Below the pieces are notes generated by a model that saw nothing but the letters and a program-made list of their open reading frames with translations, was not told where the DNA came from and did not search any database. Below, piece after piece: positions 49,640-64,000 of a stretch of 64,000 nt of DNA. This stretch comes from Eledone cirrhosa. Its lineage: Eukaryota. How positions within the stretch are numbered: the first letter of the stretch is position 1; every line of letters starts with the position of its first letter. The stretch lies in the NCBI GenBank assembly GCA_964016885.1, contig OZ024740.1, positions 99,262,001-99,326,000 of the forward strand, read 5' to 3'. Made by a program: the position numbers and the translations under genes.

Positions 49640-50545
49640 CCAATAGAAGGAAAAACATACACCACATAATTGTCATTTATCTTTATTGTTTGTTATTCAT
49701 TTGTTTATCAAAGTTCTTTCATCACACATTCTATGACCTCCGCACTGATTACCTGTTTTGTGCCTCCCCTTTTGAATGGTCTTCAACTTTTACTCCATCT
49801 TTGCGTGATTTGTGGTGCATTTGTTTGTGTTTTGTGTCTGTGCATGCATTTGTGACTGCACCTCTGTGTGTGTATGTGTTTTGGAGATAGTCATGTCTAT
49901 GTGTGTTTTATGTGTGTGGGGATTTGTATCGTTTGCTGTTTATGTCTTTATTCTGTCTTCAGTCATTAAGCTGCAGCTTGTTATTATTACACTCATGTTT
50001 TGTGTTCAGGCTAGGACTATCTTCTATTACTTGAGTGGTCTCCTTATTTTGTCTGAGTGTTGCATCAGTTCTATGTGTGATAGTATCTTTCTTTTTATGT
50101 TATCTACTGAACCCTAATCTTCTAGTGTGGCATGTTGGTATAGCACTGATGAGCTTTTCTCCTCCTTAGCTTCTCACCAGTGTTCCTGTAATCTCTCTAT
50201 TACACTAAGGACTATCTCTCTTATGTATGTTGTTGTCTTTTTTCTGCAAGGACCCTCTGAACACCTTATCCTATGGACTACATTTATAATTTTACAATTT
50301 ATCTGTGGGTTTATCTTACAGCCTATACAGTTTCTATCAATACAGTGTTTTTTCTTAAAGAGGTACATCTTACTGATCCGGGATTTTATGGTTGCTCCTG
50401 GTGGTTTATTTACTAGTTTTATCCTAAGGTTCATTTTTTCTAAAGCTCTCATGAAATGATATGCTAGTTCACCTCTAGTGGTAGCATTGACAAACATGAC
50501 AGACTGATATTTTTGTTGTCATGCCATGAGTTGGCCTCTCCTATC
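49640..50545 (-). mobile_element. Penelope-like element 3' part (GIY-YIG endonuclease)
   Basis: ORF 50174..50497: Cys-rich linker HCIDRNCIGC..C then NVVHRIRC..TYIRE..ERLQEH, a degenerate GIY-YIG. Confidence 0.75.
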
Positions 50546-50902
50546 TTTTTCTTAGTCCTTTCATATATATATTTATTCCATGTAATCAGTGCTGGTTGTT
50601 CAAGGAATTAACTGACTAAGTTTTAATCTAATGTAAGCCCTCCACGATGGGGGCACCTTAAGGTATTACTTATATGGTATCAGATGGAGTGTCAATATTA
50701 TAGCCAGACTGTCTTCATTGATTTCCGTACTATAGCAAGCTTATCAAAAACAGAAACACCTAAATACCTGTCATATGACAACACAACAAATGATTGTTAC
50801 AAATTAACTGATATCTTTGAAACATCCATAACAGGATGTAATAAACTGGAGATGTATATGTGATACCATCTCTCTTTTTTATAATGTATATATATAATAT
50901 GT

Positions 50903-51020
50903 GGAGGCATGTGGCTGAGTGGTTAGAGAATTGGATTCACAATCGTGAGGTTGTGAGTTCAGTTCCTGAACCGGGCGATGCGTTATGTCCTTGAGCAAGA
51001 CACTTTATTTCACGTTGCTC
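50903..51020 (+). mobile_element. Second tRNA-derived SINE family (5' part)
   Basis: A-box TGGCTGAGTGG, B-box-like GAGTTCAGTTCC, then tgtccttgagcaagacactt conserved-core-like motif. Confidence 0.7.
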
Positions 51021-54000
51021 CTTCTACCTGGAGTTGCAACCGATAGATAGTATTAACAATTGGAAAGGTCAATGGAAACATTGTTTCCTCGGTCCGATTT
51101 GACGAAAGTCGATCGACTGTCGATATATAATATGTCATATCTCATCTGCTGCTGGACCACTGTTTTCCTTTTTCACACGTACAGATATTTTCTACCACCA
51201 TACTTCTAGACCAATCAAACGACAGCAATGCCAATTATCTTCAAATTTAACTCTAGCGTCACAATCATTACTACAATCACTAATACAAGGTATCAGTGCT
51301 GTGTGTTTTAGTTGGTATGTGTGGTGGCTGGACTTCAGTGTCTGAAAACGTCTTCCCTGCATTAATCTACTTAAATACAGGTGACCAAGTAAATCTTCTT
51401 TATTCCAGGCATGTAAAACTGGCACCAACCCCAATACAGATTCCACCTCTCTTCCAAATATTACAAAATTCTGATTGTTATATTGTTAAAAGGCAACATC
51501 GATATGTGGTCACATTTATGTCTGCCTTTCCAAAAACATGAGGAGGAAAGTTAACCTTGAATGTTTCATTCCCTCATTAGCCCCTCTGTAAGGTTCATCA
51601 TCTTGGAATCATCTACTCACACCCTTTCTGTGCAAATCTTTGTATCCTACAGCTTCCTTCCTCTTGATACTCTTGGGATCTATTACCCAAAGATCATCAT
51701 CCATTCACATCATATTCCTATACCTGTGCAATCTTCACTCCTGAGCACAGCATCTAATTCCTCTTATGTACAGTCTTTCTTTGAGTTCTTCTGTGCTTTG
51801 TTGTTTGTGCACAAACACACCTACATATGGCTTTTGATGGTTAATAATTCTACAACAATTCCTTGTTATCATAATCGCTTGTAAGTAATGTTAGTCAAAT
51901 GTAAACACCCTTAGGGTTTGTCAAAGCTTTCAATTTTATTGTTTTCTTCCCATGAGAGCATAGTATTTGAACCATCAAGAATGAATTACAATAGGTGTTA
52001 CAAGGTTAAAAGACTATTAGTTTCACACAACTTGTGATTCATTTGATTTGCAAACAGGGAATTATGCAATGTAATAAGTTGGAGATTATGTGACACAAAT
52101 TGATAACAAGAAAACAAAAATGAATTAAATATAACAAAATGGCCTGTGGAGTAAAATAGATCTATTCTGATTTATTTTACAACTAGTCACCTATCAACTA
52201 CTTTCTAAGATCCATACCAATGACTTCTAAAATCTAATCTTGACGTAGCAATCTCCTTTCAACAAATATCATCAGTATTATTATCATCATCATTATCATT
52301 TTAAATTTGTTTTTCCATGATGGCATGGGCTGGATGGTAAATGTACATAACTAATTATTTATATGAATATCTATAATTTTTGCACACACATACATAAACA
52401 AACATATGAGATATCTTCATATATTACAGTCATACAATTCAACATGACAAGTCTGATACCGTGGAACTGTTTCTGTTCATTTCAAAATGGTTCTTACTCT
52501 TTATCAAGGTGCAAATTTATTATTATTACTATATATATAAGAAAGAAAGAAAGAAAGAAAAGAATATATAAGTACATGAATGTGGAAACAAATAAATCAT
52601 TATTCTTTTAGAGATGCATCTGCTAACTAAGTATATAGTGACACTATAAAAATTGTTTCACTTTGAAAGATGCCAGAGTTAACACAAGATATATATTTAT
52701 TTATAACAAGCAATATCTTTTACAAATCCTTTAGATTGAAGAAGACTCATACACGTCTACTACTACTATGACGATTACTAAATAACAATAAAAGTTTACA
52801 TTTATATTCTACCCAATAATTTACAGCCAAATTGTTCCTCACTCCCATCAACAACAAACAATCTCCCACAACATACACATATAATGACTGAAAAGAAAAT
52901 AACCCTGATCTAATTAATAGTAACTTTGTATGCCAAAAGATTTGCTAATTTAAGATGATACATTCTCAAAGCCAAAATAAGAGCAGACATGGGCATAGAA
53001 GAATAAAAATAAGGCTACTTACTGAAAATACAAACAACAGATAAAAAAACAAACTAAAAAAATTCAAACTAAACATTCAGAATGTAAATCATGAAGATAG
53101 CTCACCTAAAATACAAATAACAAAATACATCAAAATCAAACCCTGGCATAAGTACAGAATACTGACTGACAAAAGTCAAAAGAAACCTGAAATATGAGAA
53201 ATATTCTGCATATGACAATAATCTTTTTCTTTTTCTTTCTCGGTAAGTGGAAATTGTTGAGGAATTAAAATAAATAGATCTTCCTATGGGACAAGAAAAC
53301 TCCCTTCCAAAGATAAAATTTAACGTGGAAATAGCAGCAACAATTAAATGTACAAATATATCCATTGTAGAATTTCATGAAAAAAATAAGTCTCATCAGG
53401 ATAAATCAAATGATAAATGTATCAGCCACTCTGGCTACAGAATGCAGGATGGCCTAATCATTTAAAAGTTTGTTTCACAATCATTAGATCCTAGGTTTGA
53501 TTCTATTCGATGACATCTTGAGCAAATGTAATTTACCATAGCTTCAGGCTGACTCATGACTTGTGAGTTAAATTGAGTAAAAACAGTTTGAAAGCCTGTC
53601 CAATGAATTGTACCTGTCACACAAAAGGAAAGCTTTGTTACACAATGTGTCATGCTGAATCACCTTGAGAAGTACATTAAATGTACACATGTTTGTGGAA
53701 TGCTCAGTGATGTAGTCACATTAATTTCATAAGCATTTTTTTCATTGATCAAACAACTGAAACCCTCATTCTCGAAACTGAAGTAGGTCCATTTCATTCT
53801 ACACTGATTACAAAGTAAATTGTGTACTTCCGAACTATTACTGTAGGAATATCAAAAGACAAGTAAACATCATTTGGTATATGCAGTTTGTAAAATGAAT
53901 TCAATTGACATTAATTGCATATAATGAAGACATAAGCAAGTTGGGTGTAAACAATAAATATTACATAGAATGAGAAAGAGCATCACAATTGTAGTATCAG

Positions 54001-55614
54001 TCTTTCTGTTTTTTAAACCTTTTCAAATTAAGAAATATATACTAAGGGTTACTATCGAAGTTACTTTTCTTACATCAAGCTATTTGTCAACACACCATAA
54101 TGTAGAAACATAGACATACAGAAAAAAATAGAATATAAAGGATTTAAGATAGTGGTCCGGCATATTCACAGTAAAAGAGATATTTCAATTTTGAATAAAT
54201 TCAATAATGGAAAGACACAAAGGAAAAATATGGGGAGAAATACTACCGAAATATAGCAATACAGAAAAATCACTCCATAACTGGGGCATCTACAGTAAAT
54301 ATCTTTTACCTCAGTTTTAGGGCAACATTGTGAATAAAACTGTGTAAATGGAAACTGTGAAAGCTTATTAGTTGAATGGCACCTGCATTTTAATGAGCCA
54401 GCTTTGTCACATATTGTATCAACCTGAAACATATTCCAAGAAATTCCCTCTTTTTTTTTTTTTTATTCAACATGCTAAACCAGATTGGGCTCAGACACAT
54501 ATGCTATGGAAAGACAGCTAACTAACGTTTCTGTATAGTTGATGTCAAGTTGTACCCAGTAGATAATAAACAACTAATAAACAGCTACAGACAGTTCATG
54601 GATTTACTTGAGGAATTGATATGAAATTTACTTTAGAAAAATAAGATAAGAAAACTTCGAAGAAAAGAAAATTAATTAAAAAAAGAGCATTAATATCATG
54701 TTAGCTACAGAATTAGTCCAAATACAGAATTGCAAATACTTATAAATTAATGAACTACTAAACACAGAAAAGATTAGGAAGGAATATTATAGATGTGTTT
54801 ATATGAAGACTTTAACACAGCTAAATACAACACAAAAAGTATCTAACATGAATATTTTATTAGTTCTTGTAATATGTCATAGATATGCTATTCTCAACTA
54901 AAAGGTAAGTAAATTAAGAGGGGTAGACAAGGAAAGAAAAATAATTACAATATAAGAAATATTAAGTATATACAGGGGCTAGAGGATTTCTGTTACAAGA
55001 AAATTATTATAAATTATTTACTGTAAGAACACAAAAATATCCAATAAATTATATATTAGAACTAATACAAATAGCTTCAAAATATGAATAAAACAGCAAA
55101 CTACTTTTTTTTTCACAGGGAAGCCTCAAAGAATAAAACAGGGTATTGTGAAATGAAGAAAAAGAACAGCACAAATAATGATTTCATTTAGTGGCCACAA
55201 GGGCCGAACAGCACAAATAATGAAAAAAAAGAAACTAAGCTGAATGATAATATTACTGATGAAGACAACTAGTGTGCCCTTGTTGTCAAAAACACCAAAA
55301 AATGTTATCAATTATAAAACATTGTATACCCATTCAAAACGTTGGGTGAAAGGAAAACATTGATACATTTTTTTTAAACTAAAATATTTTCACTCTGTAT
55401 TTAATAATAAGATATAAAACATTGATCTTAGCTGAAGACTAAACAATAATTATTCATTGTGATAATGCATGCCACCTACTGAAAGGAATAGGTCAAAATG
55501 ATATATAAGCATATAGACATCTATGCTGTCAAAAATGGCAGTCTTTTTACTTTCAAAATATTTTACAGGTCCATTGAATGGTTGGCATTATTTGTGAACA
55601 TGGAAGATGTTGAT

Positions 55615-56062
55615 GGATTGGCAGTATCAGTAGAGCATTGGACAACATGCTTTGTGGCATAGAGTTATGGTCCTTTATGTTCTGAGTTTAAATCCCGCTG
55701 AGGTTAGCTTTGTCTTTCATCCTTATGGGGTCAAAAAAGGTAAAGCACCAGTAATGCACTGGGGTCAATGTAATCAATTTTCCCCTCGCCCAAAATTGTT
55801 GGCCATGGGCCTAAATCAGAAACCATTATTTGTGATCATGGTGGTTGATGAATTATAGTATCAGTAGAGCACCGAACAACATGCTTTATGGCATATAGTT
55901 ACATCCCTTTACATTCTGAGTTCAAATCCCGTCAAGGTTAGCCTTGCTATTCATCCTTAAGGGATTGATAAAATAAAGTACCAGTAACACACTTTGGTTG
56001 ATTTAATTGACTTGCCTCTCATCCAAAATTGTTGGCCTTGCACCTAAATCAGAAACCATTTT
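55615..56062 (+). mobile_element. Two tandem SINEs (long subtype)
   Basis: 55615-55830 and 55845-56062, each with A/B boxes and cctaaatcagaaacc end. Confidence 0.85.
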
Positions 56063-56139
56063 TTATGAACATGGCTTCCAACTATTTACTGTCATCGATC
56101 TTAACTATGGAAGGATATTAAAGATATAATCAAGAATAA

Positions 56140-56950
56140 AGGTATGTCTTCTTGTGACGCTAAACTCCGCCAGTTGCAGACTGCACACTAGCATGTGATA
56201 TTTTTCTCCACAAATTTGATCACCAGCAACAGAGTTCAAAGAGCAAAGATCAAATCCAGTCCATAAGTTGACATTGTCAACCCATCGTTTTGGCTGCTGG
56301 CCTCTGCTTTTCTTACCAGCCAAACTTCCTTCCAAGCACAACCTACTCACACCACAAGTTGATCTTTTTATATGGCCATATAGTTTGAGTATTTTTGACT
56401 TGACGATTTATGTAATTGGTCTAAGTTTGGTAATGATGTGCAGCTCACTGATACAGATACGGTTGCTGAGCTGCTTGCCAGTTATAAGTCTCATGATGTA
56501 GTTCTGAAATGTAGAGAGCTTCTGAAGTGACCTTGTCATCCAATTAACACAGTCAAGACCATATAACACAACTGGTAGGATGTAAGTATCAAAGATGTTT
56601 TGATGTTAGTACTTCCTTGTTCTTGTTGAAAGCTGCCCAACCTAAAGCGATTCGATATTGAGCAGCAACCATTCCATTGTTGTTTGATGATAGTTTGTGA
56701 CCGAGATATACAAACTCCGTAACTTGAGCAATTTGCTGGTTGTAGATTGTGAGTTGGAGATTGGCATTGTTTTTATCAGTTGTCATGCATTTTATTTTGG
56801 ATGTTGATGTGTAAGCCAGCCTACAGTGAATGTTTGGCCAGTACATTCAGAAAGTCTTGCAGATCAGTTCTAGAGTAACTCATGATGGCCAGATCGTCTG
56901 CATAGCTAAGATTTGATTGGATTTTACCTCATATTTGATAGCCATAAAGG
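56140..56950 (-). mobile_element. RTE-clade LINE 3' fragment
   Basis: LSYADDLAI, SKIKCM, VTEFVYLG, EGSLAGKKSRGQQPKRWVDNV. Confidence 0.8.
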
Positions 56951-57899
56951 TATGTATGAAAGTATAAACAATATGATTATGTATAATAAGCATGCATAAG
57001 TCTTGCTGTGGGTGTTTTAGTCTGTGATCATATCACAGCTACCTCATTAATTATGTGAGGATGCCAAATACTAGTTTCATTTCAAGAAGTATTTATTCAT
57101 TAAATAAGTTAATAGCTAACATAAACAGCTACAGCAGTACCTGTGAGAATGACAAGTACTAGTATTTTAGGCTGTAATTTATGTTATCATCATTGAATAT
57201 GTACAGGACATAAATGATAAAAACAGCAACAACAAATACTCGCACAACATTACAATATGTCAATTCAGACAAATAGGTAGTTGAAGGAAATAGTTCAGAT
57301 ATTTTTATTATCAAAAATTATAAGGTAAAAAAATATGTTTTCCTAATTATCATATCAATTCAAGCTGACAATTGAGAAACAGGCATTGCTGTGGGATTAA
57401 GAAGTTATCTTTACAAGCATGTAGTTTTAGGTTTGGTCCCATTGCATGGCACTATAGATAAATGCCTTGTGAAAGAAATTTGATTCATAGAAACTCTGTG
57501 GAAGCCACAATATAGCATGTAATTAAGAAGGAGTAGGAGCATGTAATTAAGAAGGAGTATCAGATATGATTTAGAACAATGCTTAGAGCACTCTGAAGGG
57601 GTACCGAGTTTGGTTGTAGTGAATGCTGGCCAAGTTTTCCTGTTGATAGGTGTATTTTACCCGATTTTCTAAGCTATCATTTATACCAATCGATTGTTCT
57701 GTAAATAGAGTATAAATATAATAAGTAGCAAACTTGAAAGAATGTACAATGGGGTCAATATTTTTGTCTAAATCCCAAGTATGGCAATAGCCTAATGACT
57801 GAAACCTCAAAAACAAATAAACAATAAAACAATTCAATTATAGAAACCTGCTGATATATAACTGGAGTGAGTTAATTGAAAATAAATAACTATAATAAT

Positions 57900-58140
57900 T
57901 AATATTTGGAATGACAAAAAGGGAAGAACTTTGTGACAAATGATTGAAGAAGGTTGAAAGATGCAAACTACTAGAATGGGAGATAACACATTTCTGGGCA
58001 ATAAAAAAAGTGTGAGATGATCCCAGCTGTAGTTGGAGCACTTGGCACTGTGAACACCAGAAATGAAAGCTATTTGAATATGTTGTGGACAGTTGGCACC
58101 ATAATTACATCACACGCAACAAATGCTGTGCAACAAGCAG
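57900..58140 (+). pseudogene. Degenerate RLE (R4-type) C-terminal fragment
   Basis: EKVERCKLLEWEITHFW..MIPAVVGALGTV. Confidence 0.55.
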
Positions 58141-58149
58141 ATAATAAAG

Positions 58150-58245
58150 ATAATGGTTTCTGATTTAGGTACAAAGCCAACAATTTTGGCGGAGGAGAAA
58201 ATCAATTAAATTGACTCCAGTGCATTACTGCTGCTTTATTTTATT
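58150..58245 (-). mobile_element. SINE 3' fragment
   Basis: ggtttctgatttaggtacaaagccaacaattttgg..ccagtgcattactg. Confidence 0.7.
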
Positions 58246-58506
58246 GTGCAAGAAAAGGAAAAAAGGAGAAAATTAACTGGTACCAGGATCTAAAGCGAGT
58301 ACTGAAAAGGATTTGGACTGTCATAAGATCAAGATCGTCCCTATCACCATAGGAGCACTAGTCACTATCTCAAACGTTTCCAAGGCTGGTTAAAGAACAT
58401 TAAGCCCAGCCTCCTATTTTGGAACACTTTAAAAGGCATGCCTTCAGGGAACAGCAAGGACCCTCTAATATGTCCTAAATATCTGAGGTGGCTGGGAGTG
58501 ACTTTA
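58246..58506 (+). mobile_element. R4 family B-related 3' fragment followed by (GAA)n
   Basis: EKINWYQDLKRVLKRIW..TIGAL..FQGWLK..GTART..VLNI matches the 13115-13350 C-terminus. Confidence 0.8.
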
Positions 58507-58539
58507 GAAGAAGAAGAAGAAGAAGAAGAAGAAGAAGAA

Positions 58540-59730
58540 AATATTAATGCTTTTAGGGACAGCATATTCTTCAAAAGCTTATGTTGTCAGTGTGGAGTCC
58601 TAAATAACCAGCAGTGATATCAGTGTATGGAATTTTGGATCTACATGTACTATTGTGAAAAGAGGAAAAGAAACAATATCTAGTGTATTAAGGTAGCGAC
58701 CAAGAGCAAACCATAAGGGAACCAGAAGAGAGTGGATACAAGAATTTGGGGTTTTATAACAGGATGACATTTTACCAGCTGATATGAAAAAGGTTAGACT
58801 GACAATTAAAAAGAGTAAAGATGTTTTAAAAATGTAACCTGAATGTGAGATATCTTGTCACTGCAATGAATGTCTGAGCTGATGCCATGATTATATATAA
58901 TGCATCCAAGTGGTCTGTAGAAGATATAGCAAAGTTGGATAGAAATACGAGAAAGTTAATGACATTATTTGGAGTTTTACACCCTAAAGCTAACAGATTC
59001 TATATAAAGTGAAAAAATGGTGGTAGTGGTCTCATCAGTGTTGCTCATTGTATAAGGTGTGAAAGGAGAATGCTTGCAAGATATTTGGTAAACAGTGACG
59101 AAGAGTTTTTTGGAATATGCATCAGAATATATGCGTATAAACGTAAATGAAATAGCTGATAGGGAAGAGTTTAACCAATTAGTTGAAGAGAAGACAAAAG
59201 AAGATCAGGAAATGAGAATGCATGGGCTGTCTGAAAGAAATACACAGGATATCAAGGATAAAACAACATCCTGGCCATGGCTTTAGCAAGGTGATTTGAA
59301 AAGTACCTCAGAAAACATTTTAATTTCAGCACAAGACTACTAATTCAGTGAAGTGTAACATCTAAAAAATTTCTGACACCCAGAATCTGAAGACATAATG
59401 TTGAAACTGCATCCTACACAGTAAATGCATGTGAGAGTCTTGCACAAAAAGAATACAAACTCTGCTGTTAGTTCCTTCATTGGCTGTAATGTCATAAATA
59501 CTAATACAAATTAATAGAGAATTAGTATGAGCAGGTCCCTTGCAATGTAATGCAGGAGGATGGAAAAGCAACAGTATTCTGGAATCAAAATCTCCAGTCT
59601 GATAGAGTAATCTGGCATCACTGACCAGACATTGTCATATTGAATTAAAAAAGACAAACACTGTCAGATCATTGACGTAGCCATACCAAATAACATGAAT
59701 ATTGTGAGTAAAAAGGTTGAGGAAAATATG
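58540..59730 (+). pseudogene. Old R4/NeSL-type RT C-terminus to RLE remnant
   Basis: Fragments GGSGLISV, MHG, WPWL.QGDLKSTSENILISAQD, PDIV, AIPN..NI. Confidence 0.6.
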
Positions 59731-59820
59731 TTTGAGATCCTAGATTTTATTTGGAAGATAACTAAATATTCTGGTATATTTTCAATCTAGAGTGCATGAC
59801 AAAAAGAAATAATAATTTCA

Positions 59821-60540
59821 TATCCTTGGTTCGAGTTGTTAGAAGAATCGCTATAGAACAACTCGAACCAAGGATAACAATATAAGAGGACCAATATACA
59901 ATCCATAGCTGTAACTAACTAAAAACATTCACTAAAATAAAATGTAACCAATGTAATGGAAAAGATAGCAATAACATTGATACTCTCAACACATATACAT
60001 TTGAACATTACAGAAACAATCATCACATTACATCCACCATAAACTCGTAATTTTAATACACAACACCTGTGCCTGCTTGATATGCTTGTAAATCTGTATT
60101 ATTTTATGTGATACCTTTGCCATACACTAATTATATATGCCTAGTACCTTTGCTTGTCTGCTTCCTATATATGCCTAACGCATTTGCACTCTCTACACGC
60201 TTGCATATGTACTGCTGGTGTCCTAGTTTTACGAGTAACTTTTTTCCTTAATGCCTCTTTAATTATTATACTATTCTCTTGTTATAACAGTCGCATGCAT
60301 TCCACTGTGTGCTTTTTAATTTTAATTATTGTACAATTCTCTTGTAATATATGTCGCATCCATTCCACTTTGTAAATACGAAACTGTTGTTGACAGCATT
60401 AATATCCTTGTATCTATATGATTGTTCAGTTGAATAGGAGGTTAATTATATGTATAAACATTGCTAGTGCTCTGATGATTCCAAACGAAAGTTTGGAACA
60501 AACGAATGTCAGCAATAAAATGATTTGAACATAACTTTGA
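59821..60540 (+). mobile_element. Penelope-like 3' remnant with 5' hairpin and terminal hammerhead
   Basis: 20-bp perfect inverted repeat 59821-59876; LNITETIITLHPP-like GIY-YIG end; hammerhead motif at 60468-60514 followed by AATAAA. Confidence 0.5.
60468..60514 (+). ncRNA. Type I hammerhead motif with one core lesion
   Basis: tgct-CTGATGA-ttccaaac gaaa gtttggaa-cAAAC-gaat-GTC-agca; G12 is missing. Confidence 0.6.
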
Positions 60541-61519
60541 TTATTATGTAATTTATATATATATATATTTATATATATATCATTACCGTTATCATCATCA
60601 TCAGTTGACATCTGTTTTCCTTGAGACAGAGAGTGAGGTCAATAGATTTAAATGGTCAGAACTAGAAAAGTTCTTATGCAATAACATTAAATTGGTACAT
60701 ATAAAATATTGATTTGTATTGTGAGTATATATGTGATATAAAGTATTTATTTTGGTATAATGAGAAAGAGAGGAAGAGAGAAAAGTACGAGAACAAGATG
60801 TAAGATTGTGACATATTTTGCTCATCTTCATATATGGCATAATAATGTCTAAGGAGCAGTCAGTGAATAACTAACGCAGTGATATAGAGGCTGTCATACG
60901 TTCTTTAGGAAATGTTTTCCAATTTGTGATAAAGATGAGGAAAAAAGCAGAGATGATATTAAATTCTATGCCAATCTATGGAATTTGAAAAAAAAAATTC
61001 AAAAAGAAAATAAACAAAAGTAAAAGGTAGAATACATAAATGTGTTTCTATTTATTGGCACAAGTTTGCCATTCATTGGACACACTTGAGAATACCAATT
61101 AATGAATATCATAATAGTGCCAAAATAATGACAACTTTATAATATTTACCAATAATTCATTGCCAACTTATAGTCTTTATTGCCTTGTAGTTTAATATCA
61201 GAGCTATGAGGAACAGTAAATGGTAAATAGATGGGACTGGAAATAGAACGTAGTGTGGGGCGTATAGCAAATTTATTAAAAATCACTTCGGATCTACACA
61301 CACTTTTCAAAATGATATTTGGAACTTCTAACAATATATTTATAAAATTTTCTTCATGATTGTGAATAATTTTTAATTTGAAGGCTAGGAAAATTAATCA
61401 GAATTTTGTTTATTGCTTGCTTTCATTCTCTCTCTCTCTCCCTTTCTCTCCATATATATTATATAATATTTTATGAAATTCTATTTTATAATATATAATT
61501 TAATCAATTTTGTTAGAAA

Positions 61520-61770
<251 letters not shown>

Positions 61771-61920
61771 GTATTTGATGCCTGAGAGAAAAGTACTCAT
61801 TACTGAAGTAGAGTTTAAATATTCATTCAATTTAACGTTGACAAAATATTTGGAATACGGCCTTCTTTTTTCATTGAAGGATATGTATATATATATATGT
61901 TTCTTTAAGCTTGCATAAAT

Positions 61921-61966
61921 CTTGATACATATTTCTATGGTTAACTGGTCCACATCATCAGGTCAT
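61921..61966 (-). ncRNA. Degenerate type I hammerhead motif
   Basis: Minus strand tgac-CTGATGA-tgtgg..ccata-GAAA-tatgta-tca. Confidence 0.45.
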
Positions 61967-62229
61967 GACACACGACATGTGGAGGCGTTTTCAAGTGTAA
62001 TTCAAATAAAATTATTTATAGTTTAAGTAATCAATTACTGGGTTAGAGCAAAATATAAACAAAGAATTGATAGAGTCATGGTCCATCGGTCAATGTGACC
62101 TCAGTTATAGATGGCTTCAGTATGCCACACACTTGACAGTGCTATGCATTGGGGATTCGTAGGTGTGGCCAGGTGGGTATTAATATGTTTGATGCCAAGT
62201 GCTGCATGGCTGGAATAAAAAATCAGTGC

Positions 62230-62830
62230 TATGAAAACTGAGACACTCACCCTCTCATCTGAATGGAGTTCCACTGAAGCAGGTAGAGACTTCAACTATC
62301 TTGGGGCCGTGTTCATGATTGATGGAAGGCAGGAGGCTGAATTAAGAATTTCAAGAGCTAGTGCAGTAATGCACCAGTTTCAGCATTCAGTAATCAGAAG
62401 GGAAATAGGTGTAAAAGCCAATTCGGTATTTGTGCCAACCCTTACAATGGTCATGAAACTTGGGTAATGATCGAAAGAATGTGATCGCAAATACAAACAG
62501 CCAAAATGGGGTTCCTCTGAAGAGTCTTTGGAGTAATGTTATTCGATCATATTGTTGCTCCAGGTAGAGTCACTAATTCACCGAATTGAGAGATCACAAT
62601 TCTGCTACTATGGGCATATGTTTAGAATATCTAACGAAACAATTGCTGGAAAGATTTTATGAGCAAAACCAATTAGCAGGAGATCCAGGGGTAGATCCCA
62701 AGAAACATGGTTAGATAATATCCATGAGCTTGGCTGGTCTTGCTTGGGGATACAGCCAGATCAGGACCTGCTGGAAGGAATGATTGCGGTAAATAGAAGT
62801 GGGTGGAGCACACAAGATGTATGCCTCAGC
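62230..62830 (+). mobile_element. RTE-clade LINE 3' fragment
   Basis: FNYLG, RISRAS, VFVPTLT.GHETW, YGHMFR, RRSRGR..TWLDNI. Confidence 0.8.
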
Positions 62831-64000
62831 CGGTACTCATGGGAGTTGTATGAAAGAGTGAGGTGAGGTGAAGTTGAAGATGGTATATACTATATTTACG
62901 CTTCAGCTGGTTCTCATGGGAAGGCTGATCTTCTGTATTGCTGCATACTGCCAGAGATATTGGTCCTGTGTCATTCATTGCCTGTAGAAAATATTCTATT
63001 AATATTGCCCAAATGATGTTGACATCATCTTCACAATATACATAAGGATTTGACCCTGTGCTATCTGCCCACAACAAAAATCATGTTGACATGTTCACAT
63101 CTAATTACAACATTACAGCACAATTATTTCACCTCAACTGACCCACTCTCTTTGACACTAAAACACATAAAAACAGAAACAGATCTCATAAAATTTAAAG
63201 TCTTTGGACGAATTCCTTAAAGAAATCCTGGATAAAACCCTTACTCCAGGCTATGTCTTCAATAACAATAACACTTTACTAGAGTGGGCATGGTGTCCAG
63301 ATCCTGATTTGAAAGACTTCGCTATGTGGTGCTATTAAGTTGGACATGGCCTGAGCCAATACTAGCGAAAACCTATCAAAATTAAAGTTATATAAAATAT
63401 TCATATATTTTCAGATTCACCTCCTTCTCCTTCTATCTCAGCCCAGAAATCATCTAATTAGTCTATATATTATTTTCCTGTCTACCTTTCATTTTGTGGG
63501 AATCACCACTCCCATTTCATAAAAAATATAAAAGTTTCTTTTCAAACAATGGCAGTTCTAACTCTGGCAACATCATGGATTCTAGCAGCCCATTATTTGT
63601 TAATACCTTCATTTCCTCCTACTTCTCTTTGTACACAAATATATATAAAATGTATTTGTAATTGTATATTATCTTCAACATTTTCTTTCACTCTGATTAT
63701 TCGCTGAATGCAAACACACTAAAAGGAAGTGAATAATGGAAAAAAATGTTCCGATACAGTTCTGATATGTGATTGTCTAACGGTGATGAAATACGTGTTA
63801 GGTAATAAGTAAATAAATCTTTCTTGAAATCTCTCCTCTCTTCTTGCCTAATCTTTCCTAATACTCTATTTATACTAAATTATTCTGTGAATTCTTTTGG
63901 AACCTTGAACCATGCTCGATTATTAAACATCTGGATACTTATGTTACATAACTCCAACAACCATGTTGAGAATAATTATCTGTTAGGCTGTATGTTTCAC

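Noticed and set aside
50903-50975. tRNA gene
   Set aside because: tRNA-like head lacks a proper acceptor stem and runs into a SINE core motif

Overview
AT-rich, microsatellite-rich eukaryotic DNA; the tRNA-derived SINEs and repeat landscape resemble coleoid cephalopod (Octopus-like) genomes, which is an inference. No intact host gene is supported. The core is a ~21 kb array (6.6-27.5 kb) of non-LTR retrotransposons joined almost entirely by (TTA)n: three R4/Dong-type RT+RLE elements on the minus strand and two Tx1-type APE-RT elements on the plus strand. The two Tx1 copies have near-identical ORF2s but divergent ORF1s. Their ORF1-ORF2 spacer reads as a 52/53-nt GT-AG intron that would fuse ORF1 to ORF2 in frame. 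The rest holds many SINEs, CR1/L2, RTE and Penelope relics, numerous type I hammerhead-like motifs (three inside foldback palindromes centred just 5' of the ribozyme core), a 48-bp minisatellite and a possible Helitron. All alignments, folds and identities were judged by eye.
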